Sequence record: DRR378314_2472
Direction: 5' to 3' (one strand)
DNA length: 64,000 bases
Within the stretch, counting starts at the first letter, position 1; each line of letters opens with the position of its first letter. The notes below the pieces were generated by a model. The model worked only from the letters and a program-made list of their open reading frames with translations, was not told where the DNA came from and did not search any database. Below, in pieces: positions 37,002-47,444 of the stretch. Both the position numbers and the translations under genes were made by a program.

Positions 37002-39239
37002 TTAGTAGCGTGCCGAGAAACGAACGCCGTAGGTCTCCGGTGCGCCATAGAGCGACACTTCATCACCTGCGAACGGAATGATGCTGACGCGATAAAGCTC
37101 ATCAGAGATGTTCTTGCCCCAGATCGTTGCCGTCCAGCGGCCATCGGCAGCTGCGATGCCAATACGGCCGTTGAGGAGGCCGTAGCCTGGTTCTTCATTG
37201 TGATTGTCCGGGCCCCAGAACATCTGGTCCTGATAGGAGTAGTTCAGGGCCGCAATGAAGTTCAGACTGTCTGTCAGACGGTGATCAATGTCCGCGCCAA
37301 TCGTGTACTGGAAGTCAGGCGTTCTCTGAAGCTGGTTCCCGCTGTAGTCGATGCCGCGCAGAGGGTCGATATAGTCTTTATACTCTGTGTCGAGGAAGGA
37401 TCCGGCCGCGAAGAGCGTCAGCCATTCCGTCGGCAGGACACGTACTTCATACTCGACACCCTTGATCGCGGCGTCGGCGGCGTTGGCCACGACAAGCGTC
37501 AGATTGACATCGTCAAGCAATTCCACCTGAAGGTCGGTGAAGTCCGTGTAGAATGCAGCAAGGTTGGTGCGTAGGCGGTTGTTGAACCATTCGGCCTTCA
37601 GACCAATCTCGTATGTAGATGCCGATTCCGGATCATAGGGTGTGGCCGCTGCAACAGCGTTTGCCGTCGCACCCTGCCATCCGCCGCCTTTGTAGCCGCT
37701 GGCGTACGAAGCGTAGATGAGTGCGTCTTCGGTCGGGGTCCAGTTCACCGCCACTTTAGGCGTGAACTCAGACCATTCCTCACTTTGCACGACATCATAT
37801 TCTTCCTGTAGCGGGGCTGGAGACAGGATGTCGCCCGGCAGGCCGTAGTCCAGAATCACCGCGCGCGTATCGAGATCTTTCTTGTCGTGCGTAAAGCGAC
37901 CGCCGACTGCAAGCGTCACATCAGGCGTGATATCGTACTCGACTTCACCAAAGGCTGCGTAGCTGGCCGTGTCGCTGTAGCCGAGATAGATGTTGTCGCC
38001 ATCAAGGGAGTCCCGCGTGCCGCCTGGGCCGCCCGGCAGGAAGGATGTGGCTGTGTTCCGGGAAACGCGTTTCACGTTTTCATCGAGATAGTAGAGACCT
38101 GCCACCCAACGGAATGCGTTGTCCTGCGAAGATGCGAGGCGAAGTTCTTGCGTGACGCCTTGGTACAGTTCGTGCTGGGTCAGCGTACTATCCGTGATGG
38201 ATGGCGGGGACGCCGCACCGGCTTGGGTCCAGCGGCCATCGCCTTGTCCATAGCGGTAGGCGGCCAGATAGACGAGCGACATTTCGCCGATGTCCCATTC
38301 GACACGGCCAGTCAGGCCAGCCGTATCACGGTCAGCGTACTGATCATAGGGGGAAACGTTGACGCGTGGATCTTCCGGAATGTTCGGCGTGATGAAGCCA
38401 AAGCCGGGTGTTTTCGGATCGTCGACCGCGTGACGGGACGGGCCGCCGGCGCGATCCTGACTGTAATCTGCGACAACGGACACGAATACTGTATCCGACG
38501 CATCCCAATTCAGCGAAAGGCGTCCGGCTGTGGAGTCCTTGTCTTCAAGGTCTTGGCCAGTGACGATATTCTTCGCGTAGCCATCATGGGTTTCGCGGAA
38601 CAGGGCGAGGCGCGCGGAGACCGTGTCAGTCACCGGACCTGTGACAAAGCCTTCGGCGAGGACACTGGAATAGTTGCCGATTGATACGGAACCACCCGCG
38701 TCAAACTCATCCTGCGGCACGGCCGTGATAAGGTTGATGGCACCGCCGACAATGTTCTTGCCGAAAAGAGTGCCTTGCGGTCCGCGCAGAACTTCTACGC
38801 GGGACAGGTCGAAGATGGGTGGCGTGGCAGAGCCGCGACGACCGACATAAACTTCGTTGAGAAATGTGCCGATTGATGGGTCAGCCGTAGCGCCATTCAG
38901 GCGAACGGATCCAACGCCCCGAATGAACATCTCCGATTCCATGCTGTTCTGAGACTGGAACGTGAAGCTCGGAACCTGGAGTGCGATCTCGGAAAGGTCC
39001 GTAATCTGTTCATCGCGAAGCTGGTCTCCACCAATACCGGTCACGGCGATCGGAACATCCTGCAGGCTCTCTTCGCGTTTACGCGCGGTGATGACCAATT
39101 CGTCCAGCATGAGTTGGCCCGACTCGGATGCTGTGGTGGTGTCTTCCTGTGCCCAACTGGCGGCGGGCATGAACATGCCAATGGCTGCCGAAGCGACGGC
39201 TGAATAAAGCACGCCTTTGGTCAAACGCGTTTGCGCCAT
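37002..39239 (-). CDS. TonB-dependent receptor
   Basis: Signal peptide; ELVITARKREESLQDVP; RVEVLRGPQGTLFG; aromatic C-terminal strand (GVRFSARY). Confidence 0.94.
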   Translation of the reverse strand: MAQTRLTKGVLYSAVASAAIGMFMPAASWAQEDTTTASESGQLMLDELVITARKREESLQDVPIAVTGIGGDQLRDEQITDLSEIALQVPSFTFQSQNSMESEMFIRGVGSVRLNGATADPSIGTFLNEVYVGRRGSATPPIFDLSRVEVLRGPQGTLFGKNIVGGAINLITAVPQDEFDAGGSVSIGNYSSVLAEGFVTGPVTDTVSARLALFRETHDGYAKNIVTGQDLEDKDSTAGRLSLNWDASDTVFVSVVADYSQDRAGGPSRHAVDDPKTPGFGFITPNIPEDPRVNVSPYDQYADRDTAGLTGRVEWDIGEMSLVYLAAYRYGQGDGRWTQAGAASPPSITDSTLTQHELYQGVTQELRLASSQDNAFRWVAGLYYLDENVKRVSRNTATSFLPGGPGGTRDSLDGDNIYLGYSDTASYAAFGEVEYDITPDVTLAVGGRFTHDKKDLDTRAVILDYGLPGDILSPAPLQEEYDVVQSEEWSEFTPKVAVNWTPTEDALIYASYASGYKGGGWQGATANAVAAATPYDPESASTYEIGLKAEWFNNRLRTNLAAFYTDFTDLQVELLDDVNLTLVVANAADAAIKGVEYEVRVLPTEWLTLFAAGSFLDTEYKDYIDPLRGIDYSGNQLQRTPDFQYTIGADIDHRLTDSLNFIAALNYSYQDQMFWGPDNHNEEPGYGLLNGRIGIAAADGRWTATIWGKNISDELYRVSIIPFAGDEVSLYGAPETYGVRFSARY

Positions 39240-39553
39240 AACTTACTTCCTCCCGATTTCTATCTGTAAGTTTTATTAAGCAAGCTTCTCAATCGGACCG
39301 TGTTTCTTGTCAAGCCTGCTGTTATTGCAATATGGGGGCGTGCCGCGACGGAAATGGATTGCATAACCATTCCTTGTTGGCGCATCGGCTAAAATCGGTG
39401 AGCGTGGGACCGGAGGAGCGACGCGAGGTGGCACGTCGCGAACACCAGCATCATCTCTATCTGCGAAGCAAAGTATATGCGATGAATTGTACCGTCAGAG
39501 CAGGGGCTCTGGCGTCGTCATGAATCGCGATATCGCTAACAGGAGGCCGGGTG

Positions 39554-41578
39554 TTATTGTCTGCCGCGTTCGAGGTCTTCCTCGATCTTGATCTCGACAG
39601 GCTCACCAATCAGGCGATGACGATAGACCTGTGTGTTCTCAAGGACACGCTGGACATAATTCCGGGTTTCCGAGAACGGGATGAACTCAACCCAGTCAAT
39701 CGGATCGACTTGGCCCGTACGCGGATCACCATAATCCTTGATCCACTGGCGCGGACGGCTAGGCCCGGCATTGTAGGCCGCTGCGGTCATGATGTAGCTG
39801 CCATTGAACCGGGAGAGCAGCGTATCGAGATGCTGTCCGCCCAGCGTCATGTTGTAACCCGGATCATCCGTCAGCCAGGATGTACGATAGGGCAAGCCGC
39901 GCAAACGAGCCTCGTTGCGGGCGGTTGCCGGCATAAACTGCATCAGGCCGCGCGCGCCAACATGGCTGATCGCATTGGGGTTCATCTCGCTTTCCTGTCG
40001 AGACAGGGCGAGCATTAGCGGGCGCTCCACTTGTGGCTCTCGCAGCAAGGGATAGGCAACGACCGGATAGGCGGCATCTGTCGAGACGATGCCTTTGGCA
40101 AGTCCGGCTTTTGCGCCACGAACGCCGACATCGGGCACCTGGTACTCCGTCGCAAGACGGGCTAGCAGCAGGTATTCCGCTTCCGTTTCCAGCAGATCGT
40201 CCAGATGGTATGCGAACTCGCGGAAGAGGCGCTCCTCTCCGCTTTCACCGAGCAGGCGAAGGGCTGCAACCATGGGGCGTGACTCGAACGCTTCGATCTC
40301 TTCAGCTGTCGGCTCGGTGGTTTTGGGGAAGGAGAGCTTCTTGTCCTCAAGACGTTCCGCAGCCAGCTGACCGTAATAAGTGAATTTATGTTCTGCCGCC
40401 GCTGTGTAGTCGGTTCGCGCAGCATCAGACTGACCAAGCGCATCCCGTGCCCGGCCTGCCCAATATTTGCCACGGGCGATGCTGATCGGGGTCGACACGC
40501 CATCGGCCATCGTTTCGAAATGCTGCAAGCTGCGATCGGCATCATTGTTGAGGCGCAGGGCAATCCAGCCGGAGACCCATTCGGCTTCAGCAAAGTCACC
40601 GCCGCTATCCATGCCATGAGGTGAGGCGAGCTGATATGCGCGGGACCAGTTGCCGTCCTTCAGATCAGTGCGGATGGCGATGTTGCGCTCGTCCCAAAGC
40701 CGGGAGCGGCCAGCTTCGGGAACCTCATTCCCATCAATGCCTGTCAGCAGCGGGGTTGCTACGTCCTGATTGCGCAACTTCTGGCGACGCCACTTGGCAC
40801 GCTCATAAAGAAGGCCGGGATTGTCCTGCAGGTGGGACGGCACGGCATCGACCAGCGCATCCACATTACGGGAGCGGGCCGCCAGACCGATGCGGGCATC
40901 GACCAGCTTTCGATAGTCGTTTGTCAGCAGGTATTTCAGGTTTGATGCGGCCGTGCGCTGATTGGTCCAGAGCAGGAATTCCACGCGCGCACGGTGGTCA
41001 TCCTGTGTAAGTTGTTTGGCGTACGTGGCCAGCACTTCGCGTTCCACCGCGCGTTCCAGGGAATTGTTGTGCCAGGCGTCGCGGACGGCTTCCAGCGCCT
41101 TGCCCGGCTCACCAATGGCACGCCAACTGTCGGCAAGGGCGATTTTGCCCGCGCCCGTGATTGGGCCGGACTCGGTCAGCCAGTCGATGCGTTCCTTGTG
41201 GCTGTAGGAAGATTCGCTGATGATCTCCTCGGCCCGGCGCCGCATGGATGTGCGTTTCGGCCAGTCTTCGAGTTTGTCGAGCGCAAAGGATACTTCCGAA
41301 AAATTCATGCCAGGCACGCCGCGGCTCGCCCGGATCCACATGATGAGGTTCCGAACATCCGCGTCAGAGGCCTGTGTCTGCAAATGTGCTACCGCGGGCC
41401 AATCGTATCCATCGGCCGCGCGCAATGCCTTGTGCAGAATTTCGGCATTCCGGGTGTCCGTGACCGACGACACGTAAGGACGGTCAGGTTTCAGGCTGGG
41501 GGTCTCCGGCACCGCAGCCGCCGCAGCGGCCTGGGACAGGGCGGCAAGTGAGGCAATAATGGCAACAGGTCGCATCAT
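39554..41578 (-). CDS. Soluble lytic murein transglycosylase (Slt70-like)
   Basis: RQES, GLMQ, AYNAG and ETRNYV; signal peptide; divergent from dapA. Confidence 0.92.
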   Translation of the reverse strand: MMRPVAIIASLAALSQAAAAAAVPETPSLKPDRPYVSSVTDTRNAEILHKALRAADGYDWPAVAHLQTQASDADVRNLIMWIRASRGVPGMNFSEVSFALDKLEDWPKRTSMRRRAEEIISESSYSHKERIDWLTESGPITGAGKIALADSWRAIGEPGKALEAVRDAWHNNSLERAVEREVLATYAKQLTQDDHRARVEFLLWTNQRTAASNLKYLLTNDYRKLVDARIGLAARSRNVDALVDAVPSHLQDNPGLLYERAKWRRQKLRNQDVATPLLTGIDGNEVPEAGRSRLWDERNIAIRTDLKDGNWSRAYQLASPHGMDSGGDFAEAEWVSGWIALRLNNDADRSLQHFETMADGVSTPISIARGKYWAGRARDALGQSDAARTDYTAAAEHKFTYYGQLAAERLEDKKLSFPKTTEPTAEEIEAFESRPMVAALRLLGESGEERLFREFAYHLDDLLETEAEYLLLARLATEYQVPDVGVRGAKAGLAKGIVSTDAAYPVVAYPLLREPQVERPLMLALSRQESEMNPNAISHVGARGLMQFMPATARNEARLRGLPYRTSWLTDDPGYNMTLGGQHLDTLLSRFNGSYIMTAAAYNAGPSRPRQWIKDYGDPRTGQVDPIDWVEFIPFSETRNYVQRVLENTQVYRHRLIGEPVEIKIEEDLERGRQ

Positions 41579-41680
41579 GAAACGGCTCAGCAGAGTTTAT
41601 TTCTTGGCCAAAGCGTGAGAAGGCATTGGCGATTTATATTCGATCAAACCAAACAACACCTGAATCGCGGCAAATTTACG

Positions 41681-42562
41681 ATGTTCCATGGCTCAATCCC
41701 AGCACTCGTCACCCCCTTCAAGAATGGGGCCGTTGACCGGGACGCATTTGTTGCACTGGTAGAGCGCCAGATTCAGGGCGGTTCCAGTGCACTTGTGCCG
41801 GTCGGCACCACGGGCGAGACATCCACACTTTCAACGCAAGAGCATAAAGATGTCGTAACGCTTTGTGTTGAAATTACCAAAGGCCGCGTGCCCGTGATTG
41901 CCGGGGCCGGGGCCAACGCCACAGATGAGGCGATCGAACTGGTCGAACATGCCAAGACGGTCGGCGCTGACGCAGCGCTTGTCGTCTGCCCTTACTACAA
42001 CAATCCCAATCAGGATGGCCTTGAGGCCCATTTCCGCGCCATCAACGATGCCGTGGCGATGCCGGTGCTGCTATACAACGTTCCCGGCCGCACAGTCGTT
42101 GATCTGGCGCCAGACACCGTCGCGCGCCTCGCCCAGCTGCCGAATATTGTCGGTATCAAGGATGCGACTGGCGACATGGAGCGTGTCAGCCAGCACATGG
42201 CAGCGATCCCTGAGGGCACACAATTCGTTCAATTGTCAGGCGATGATCCAAGCGCGCTCGGCTATCTCGCCATGGGCGGGATGGGCTGCATCTCCGTCAC
42301 CGCGAACGTCATGCCGGAGGCCTGCGCCGCGATGCACAAGGCTTTCCACGCCGGAAACCTGGACGAAGCCCGCGCCATTGAGCGCAAGCTGATCGCGCTG
42401 CACAAGGCGATGTTCTGCTCGCCTTCGCCGGGGCCGGCCAAATATGCCTTGTCGAAACTGGGGCTTTGCACCGATGAGGTGCGCTTGCCGATCACAGCAC
42501 CATCTGCAGAAAAGCGGGCCGAAATTGATCAGGCCATGGCGCTTGCGGGTTTGAACGCCTAA
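41681..42562 (+). CDS. dapA: 4-hydroxy-tetrahydrodipicolinate synthase
   Basis: ALVTPF, GTTGE, YNVPGRT and IKDATG. Confidence 0.96.
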   Translation: MFHGSIPALVTPFKNGAVDRDAFVALVERQIQGGSSALVPVGTTGETSTLSTQEHKDVVTLCVEITKGRVPVIAGAGANATDEAIELVEHAKTVGADAALVVCPYYNNPNQDGLEAHFRAINDAVAMPVLLYNVPGRTVVDLAPDTVARLAQLPNIVGIKDATGDMERVSQHMAAIPEGTQFVQLSGDDPSALGYLAMGGMGCISVTANVMPEACAAMHKAFHAGNLDEARAIERKLIALHKAMFCSPSPGPAKYALSKLGLCTDEVRLPITAPSAEKRAEIDQAMALAGLNA

Positions 42563-42571
42563 ATCAGGGCG

Positions 42572-43051
42572 ATGGCAAAGAAGAGTCAGACAAAGGGCCG
42601 CTCGGATGGGCTGGTTGCGGAGAACCGCCGCTCCCGCCGCGATTATGCGGTTGAGGACACGCTGGAGGCTGGCATCATGCTGGTTGGCTCCGAAGTTAAA
42701 TCCCTGCGTCAGGGCAAAGCGAATATCGCCGAAGCCTATGTCAGCCCGGAAGATGGCGGCCTCTACCTGATTAATGCGGATATCCCGATCTACAATGCTG
42801 CCAACCGGTTCAACCATGAGCCGAAGCGCAAGCGGAAGCTGCTCGTATCAAAGCGCGAACTTGCGAAGCTGTCCCAATCCGTCGACCGGGCCGGGCGCAC
42901 AATTGTTCCACTGAAGCTCTATTTCAACGAGCGCGGACTCGCCAAGCTGCTGATTGGCCTCGCCACCGGCCGCAAGAGCCATGACAAGCGCGACGTCGAG
43001 GCCAAACGCGACTGGCAACGACAAAAGGCGCGGATCCTGAAGGAAGGCTGA
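42572..43051 (+). CDS. smpB: SsrA-binding protein
   Basis: [29 protein letters not shown] and HDKR. Confidence 0.97.
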   Translation: MAKKSQTKGRSDGLVAENRRSRRDYAVEDTLEAGIMLVGSEVKSLRQGKANIAEAYVSPEDGGLYLINADIPIYNAANRFNHEPKRKRKLLVSKRELAKLSQSVDRAGRTIVPLKLYFNERGLAKLLIGLATGRKSHDKRDVEAKRDWQRQKARILKEG

Positions 43052-43053
43052 GC

Positions 43054-43209
43054 TTGTCAGAAATTCATTGGTCAACTGTAGTGGTTTTCGTTCTGTTTGG
43101 TTTCCTCGGAATTTTGGCAGTAATTTTGGGATGGCCATGGTGGGTTGGAGTGGGGCTCGTTGTGGGTTTCCCGATTACGGCAACTTTGATGAGTCATCTG
43201 CTCGATTAA
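43054..43209 (+). CDS. Small two-TM hydrophobic protein (51 aa, TTG start)
   Basis: Manual translation MSEIHWSTVVVFVLFGFLGILAVILGWPWWVGVGLVVGFPITATLMSHLLD; AGGAAGG upstream inside the smpB 3' end; too short for the ORF track. Confidence 0.55.
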   Translation: MSEIHWSTVVVFVLFGFLGILAVILGWPWWVGVGLVVGFPITATLMSHLLD

Positions 43210-43225
43210 AGAGGGCCGTAACTTC

Positions 43226-43284
43226 TCAGCCCGTCACGCCCTTCGCCATCGCAAACACATCCTCGAACATCTCAGCCGTCAGGC
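43226..43284 (-). repeat. Diverged duplicate of the udg 3' end (pseudogene fragment)
   Basis: 43233-43284 matches 44154-44205 at 45 of 52 nt; encodes LTAEMFEDVFAMAKGVTG* versus LTPEMFEGVFALAKGVTDTA*. Confidence 0.85.
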
Positions 43285-44076
43285 AGCGCGCAATTTCCCG
43301 CCGCGAAGCCTCAGCAGGCCCTGCCACACAATCAGCGCAATCAACGGGGCAAACGCCAGCAGGAAAGGCCAGGCGGTCTGGTTGAAGCCTTCGGGAAACA
43401 CTTGCGGCTGCCCCAGGAAAAGCGAGCCGGATGCGATGAACATCGAGAAACACATGCGCCAGAGGTGGCGGGAAATGCGCGCCGTGTAGGACAGCGCTTG
43501 TCGCAGGATCACATTCAATTCGCCGAACGCGGCGATGCTGCCAGCGACAATGAACAGGATGAAGGCCTGGGGCGGCGAACCATCCACGGTGCCGGTTGCG
43601 CTGTTCGCGCCCATATACATGAATACAACGCCCATCAGTGTGATTCCGAGCGCCGTCGCCAGTCCCACATAATGCCGCCAGTTGGTTCGGACAGGCCCGC
43701 GCTGGCGAACTGTGATCAAAGCTGTGATGAGCAGGTACAGGGCCAGAATACCGGCCACGAAGTTCGGTCGTTGGCCCTCCTCAAGGAACGGCGCAACGCC
43801 CGCACCAATCAGATAGGTGACGAACATCGAAACGAAGAAGACTTTCCCCGCAAGGCGGTGCAAGGCTTGCCCTTTACGCGCTGCAATCGCTGCGACGCCG
43901 GATACGAGCCCCACCGCGCCGCCACCAATATGGGCATAAAGCAGGGCGTCCGTGGCAAGTTTGATCCATAGGGGCGCGTCCGGATCAACTTCGAGCTTTG
44001 CAGCATGCGCGACACCTGTGCCGAGAAAAACCAATGCGAAAACGCATGTGAGCAGCGGAACGGCATATCTAGGCAT
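43279..44076 (-). CDS. Polytopic membrane protein, DUF2306-like
   Basis: HIGGGAVGL.SG..A...KG..LHR..G and RHLWRMC; multiple TM helices. Confidence 0.75.
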   Translation of the reverse strand: MPRYAVPLLTCVFALVFLGTGVAHAAKLEVDPDAPLWIKLATDALLYAHIGGGAVGLVSGVAAIAARKGQALHRLAGKVFFVSMFVTYLIGAGVAPFLEEGQRPNFVAGILALYLLITALITVRQRGPVRTNWRHYVGLATALGITLMGVVFMYMGANSATGTVDGSPPQAFILFIVAGSIAAFGELNVILRQALSYTARISRHLWRMCFSMFIASGSLFLGQPQVFPEGFNQTAWPFLLAFAPLIALIVWQGLLRLRGGKLRAA

Positions 44077-44140
44077 CGGGCATCCCCTTATCGAATAACA
44101 ATATTATCGATAAACGGAAAACGCTTCGATGGCAACTCCC

Positions 44141-44788
44141 TTAGGCCGTATCGGTCACGCCCTTTGCCAATGCGAACACACCCTCGAACATCTCTGGCGT
44201 CAGGCGGCCGGTATTCGTGTTGTAGCGGCTGCAATGATAGGACGAGATCAGCGCCAGCGGCCGGCCTTCGAACGCCACATCGTAATGCGTGCCGTGACCG
44301 AAGGGGTAATCCTTCAGCTTCAGGCCCAATGTGCGCACCGTGGAATCATGGGAAATCTTGCCGAGGCAGATCATGGCCTTCAGCTTTGGCAGCGCCGCGA
44401 TGCGCGCTGACAGGAAAGGCCGACACTGGTTGATCTCCGCGCCAACCGGCTTGTTCTGCGGAGGCACACAGCGCACAGCATTGGTGATCATGGCGCGCTT
44501 CAGTTCCAGCCCGTCATCCGGCCGCGCATCATAAGTGCCGGTCGAGTAGCCGAACTTGTCGATGGTCGCGTAGAGCAGGTCCCCGGCCCAGTCGCCGGTA
44601 AAGGGCCGGCCTGTGCGGTTCGCTCCGGTGACGCCGGGTGCGAGCCCGATGATCAGCAATTCGGCATCCTCCGGCCCGAAGCTCGGCACGGCGCCATTGA
44701 ACCAATCCGGCTCTCTCGCGGCGACCTCTTCCCGATACGCCACAAGGCGCGGGCACAGAGGACAATCGGCCGGGGCTTCTGGACTCAT
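44141..44788 (-). CDS. Uracil-DNA glycosylase, family 5 (UdgB-like, Fe-S)
   Basis: CPLCPRL, GLAPG..GANRTGRPFTGD, RCVPPQNKP and YHCSRYNTNT; start at ATG 44788. Confidence 0.92.
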   Translation of the reverse strand: MSPEAPADCPLCPRLVAYREEVAAREPDWFNGAVPSFGPEDAELLIIGLAPGVTGANRTGRPFTGDWAGDLLYATIDKFGYSTGTYDARPDDGLELKRAMITNAVRCVPPQNKPVGAEINQCRPFLSARIAALPKLKAMICLGKISHDSTVRTLGLKLKDYPFGHGTHYDVAFEGRPLALISSYHCSRYNTNTGRLTPEMFEGVFALAKGVTDTA

Positions 44789-44789
44789 A

Positions 44790-44827
44790 CCCCTCTCCAC
44801 CCGGGGAGAGGGGCAGGGGTGAGGGGG
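44790..44827. repeat. Alphaproteobacterial CCCTCTCC-type palindromic repeat
   Basis: CCCCTCTCC-ACCCGG-GGAGAGGGG (9-bp stem) followed by CAGGGGTGAGGGG. Confidence 0.6.
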
Positions 44828-45017
44828 CACACAGTTGAAGTCATAGTCCCAATCTCTCCTGCATCAGACGCATCAGATGGTCACCATCGAACACCTCGCC
44901 AGCCGGGACTCTCTGGAAATCAAATTCCTGTGGCGCCGAGCGTGTCTTCATACTATCTGTTGACCTCAGTGAAGCGGTGCGGTTGCCTGCTGCATATCTA
45001 ACAAAGGAAGAGGGATT

Positions 45018-45335
45018 ATGACAGGCGCGAGCAACAACAATTACAACTGGAATCGGCCAAAGACGCCGGACAACGCGTACAGCCTGGTGGCTCCGTTCGG
45101 CGGCGTATTGATCTTTGTCGGCCTGTTGCTGGTCGTGTTCAACCTGAATCCGGTAGAGGCTGACAATCCCGGACTGTCGGGAAGTTTTCTGTTGCTGGGC
45201 AATACGCTTTTCGGACTTGGTTTCCTTCAGGTGCTGACTGGCTTAATCATAAATGAAATTCGCCGGTTCGCATTCGAAGCCACTGTACGCGCCGCCGAGG
45301 CGAATGCCAGGCTGGCGGCGCAATCAGTGGGCTGA
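45018..45335 (+). CDS. Hypothetical two-TM membrane protein
   Basis: RBS AGAGGG; two hydrophobic helices. Confidence 0.65.
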   Translation: MTGASNNNYNWNRPKTPDNAYSLVAPFGGVLIFVGLLLVVFNLNPVEADNPGLSGSFLLLGNTLFGLGFLQVLTGLIINEIRRFAFEATVRAAEANARLAAQSVG

Positions 45336-45366
45336 GGATGACAGGACTCGGGGCTGCGACGATGTA

Positions 45367-47310
45367 TCAGTACCCATCCGCGCTGCCATCCTTGCGCATT
45401 TCGGTGGCGGCGATCCAGGCGCCGCTTTCGAAGTCGCGCATGATTGCCTGATAGCCGCCCGCATTCGCCTTGCAGCATTCGACCGTGTGACCGCGCGCTT
45501 CCAGTTCGGCGCGAGTTTCCGGCGGGATGCCGCTTTCCAGATGCACGACGCCCATGTCGCTCTCACATTTGTCGCCGTTCAGATCATCCGTTGGCTCGCA
45601 GCCGCCGACATGTTCCCAGCGCGCGGCGTCGCCGGCCTCCTGAAGGCCCATGTCGAAATCGACGAGGTTCAGGATGACCTGCACATGGCCCTGCGGCTGC
45701 ATGCCGCCGCCCATCAGGCCGAAGCTCAGCCACGGCTCGAACGGGCAGGCCTGTTCGATCGGCTCGGCGCGCACCTGGCAGCCCGGCATGTCCTTCTTGA
45801 AGGCAAAGGCCGGAATGATCGTGTGGAAGGGCCGCTTGCCGGGTTCGAACACATTCGGATGGTCCGGGTCGAGGCTGAACAACTGGCCCCGGTCCTGGAA
45901 CATGAAGCCGAGGCCATCCGCAACGAGCCCCGTGCCCATGCCGCGATAGTTGGACTGGATCAGCGATACCATCATGCCGTTCTTGTCGGTGACGGTGAGA
46001 TAGGTCGTGTCGCCGTCTTGGAGTTTTTTGTCGGCTTTCGCCACGAGTTGGACTGCGCCACGCGGAATCCCCGGCATTGCTTGATCCAGATCGATGAATA
46101 GCTCCGAACGTTCCTGATTGTACCCGGGCATAACAAGTTCGCGGGGATCGATCTTGGAAAACTCGGCATCTGCGTAGTAGAGCGCGCGATCTTCAAAAGC
46201 CAACCGCTTTGCTTCCACTTGCGCCATGATACTTTCTGCGGAGCCGAAGCCCATGCCGCGCAGGTCAAACCGTTCCAGCATCTGCAGCATCTGAAGTGCC
46301 GCGATGCCCTGCGTGTTCGGCGGCAATTCGCAGACCTTGTAGTCGCCGCGATAGGTCACACAGATCGGCTCGACCCATTCGCCGGTATGCGCGGCGAAAT
46401 CCTCATAGGTCAGGAAGCCGCCGATCCGTTCGAAATAGTCGCCCATGATGTGGGCGGTTTCGCCGGAATAGAATTCGTTTCGGCCCTTGTAAGCGATCCG
46501 CTCCAGCGTGTCGGCCAGGTCAGGATTTCGGAACAGGCTACCTTCCTTCGGCGCGGGCGAGAAATAGGTCGCCTTCGCATTGTCGAACTCTTCCAGCATG
46601 CCGCTGTCAGCCGCTTCTTGCAGGCGCGTTGCGTTGCGGCCCCAATAATAGGCGATGACCTCAGGAATCGGAGCGCCGTTACGGGCGTACTGAATGGCCG
46701 GTTCGAGGTTCATGTTCATCGGCTGCTTGCCGAACTTGTCATGCAGCGCGTACCAGCCATCAACCGTGCCGGGCACGGTTACCGGCGCAGCGCCGAAGGG
46801 CGGAATCTCTTCGCCTTGCATGAATTCGTCGGCTTTCGCCTTCATGTCGTCCAACGTCGCGCCCATGGGTGAGCGGCCGGAGCCGTTATAGCCGTAGAGC
46901 TGCTGCGTTTCCGGGTCCCAGACGATGGCAAACAGATCGCCGCCGATGCCGTTGCCGGTCGGCTCGACCAGGCCGAGCATGGCATTTGCGGCAATGGCAG
47001 CGTCCACCGCTGAACCGCCTGCCTTTAGCACATCAAGCGCCGTCTGCGTGGCGAGGGGATGAGCTGTTGCGGCCGCGCCATTGGGGGCCACCACGGAAGA
47101 GCGTGTGCCAAGTGGGCGGCCCGCCGGCATCCGGTCACCCGGCCCTGGCTGGCTCATCTCATCCGGCTTGTGGACCTCTATCCGCACCACTTTCTTGTGT
47201 TTGACTGTCGCATCCGCGTCGATGCGTGTCTCATCCTGTGCTGGCGCTGTAGCGCACGCGCACAATCCGATAGCCAGAACTGTCGCCGCGACGACGCGTT
47301 TGATGGGCAT
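45367..47310 (-). CDS. ggt: Gamma-glutamyltransferase family lipoprotein
   Basis: GGSAVDAAIA, GIGGDLF, DTTYL (N-terminal nucleophile Thr), GKRPFHTI and GGGMQPQG. Confidence 0.92.
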   Translation of the reverse strand: MPIKRVVAATVLAIGLCACATAPAQDETRIDADATVKHKKVVRIEVHKPDEMSQPGPGDRMPAGRPLGTRSSVVAPNGAAATAHPLATQTALDVLKAGGSAVDAAIAANAMLGLVEPTGNGIGGDLFAIVWDPETQQLYGYNGSGRSPMGATLDDMKAKADEFMQGEEIPPFGAAPVTVPGTVDGWYALHDKFGKQPMNMNLEPAIQYARNGAPIPEVIAYYWGRNATRLQEAADSGMLEEFDNAKATYFSPAPKEGSLFRNPDLADTLERIAYKGRNEFYSGETAHIMGDYFERIGGFLTYEDFAAHTGEWVEPICVTYRGDYKVCELPPNTQGIAALQMLQMLERFDLRGMGFGSAESIMAQVEAKRLAFEDRALYYADAEFSKIDPRELVMPGYNQERSELFIDLDQAMPGIPRGAVQLVAKADKKLQDGDTTYLTVTDKNGMMVSLIQSNYRGMGTGLVADGLGFMFQDRGQLFSLDPDHPNVFEPGKRPFHTIIPAFAFKKDMPGCQVRAEPIEQACPFEPWLSFGLMGGGMQPQGHVQVILNLVDFDMGLQEAGDAARWEHVGGCEPTDDLNGDKCESDMGVVHLESGIPPETRAELEARGHTVECCKANAGGYQAIMRDFESGAWIAATEMRKDGSADGY

Positions 47311-47444
47311 CCGTCTCTCCTGCTTTGTCTTGAGGAGAGCTTAGCGCGCTTCGGGGCAGAAGCGAGTCCCAGTCGGCGTCGGGGAATTCGTCGCGCGGTC
47401 GCCAGCCCTGGCCGAACGCGTCCAGGTAGGAATGGATCAATCCG

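Noticed and set aside
39240..39553. Long intergenic region upstream of the TonB receptor as a possible riboswitch (cobalamin/TPP) or Fur site
   Set aside because: No riboswitch core motifs recognised; only a TTGACA and a short TATTGCAATA dyad, too weak to call.
42572..43230. Possible tmRNA or prophage attachment site next to smpB
   Set aside because: No tRNA-like ends, tag reading frame or integrase seen.
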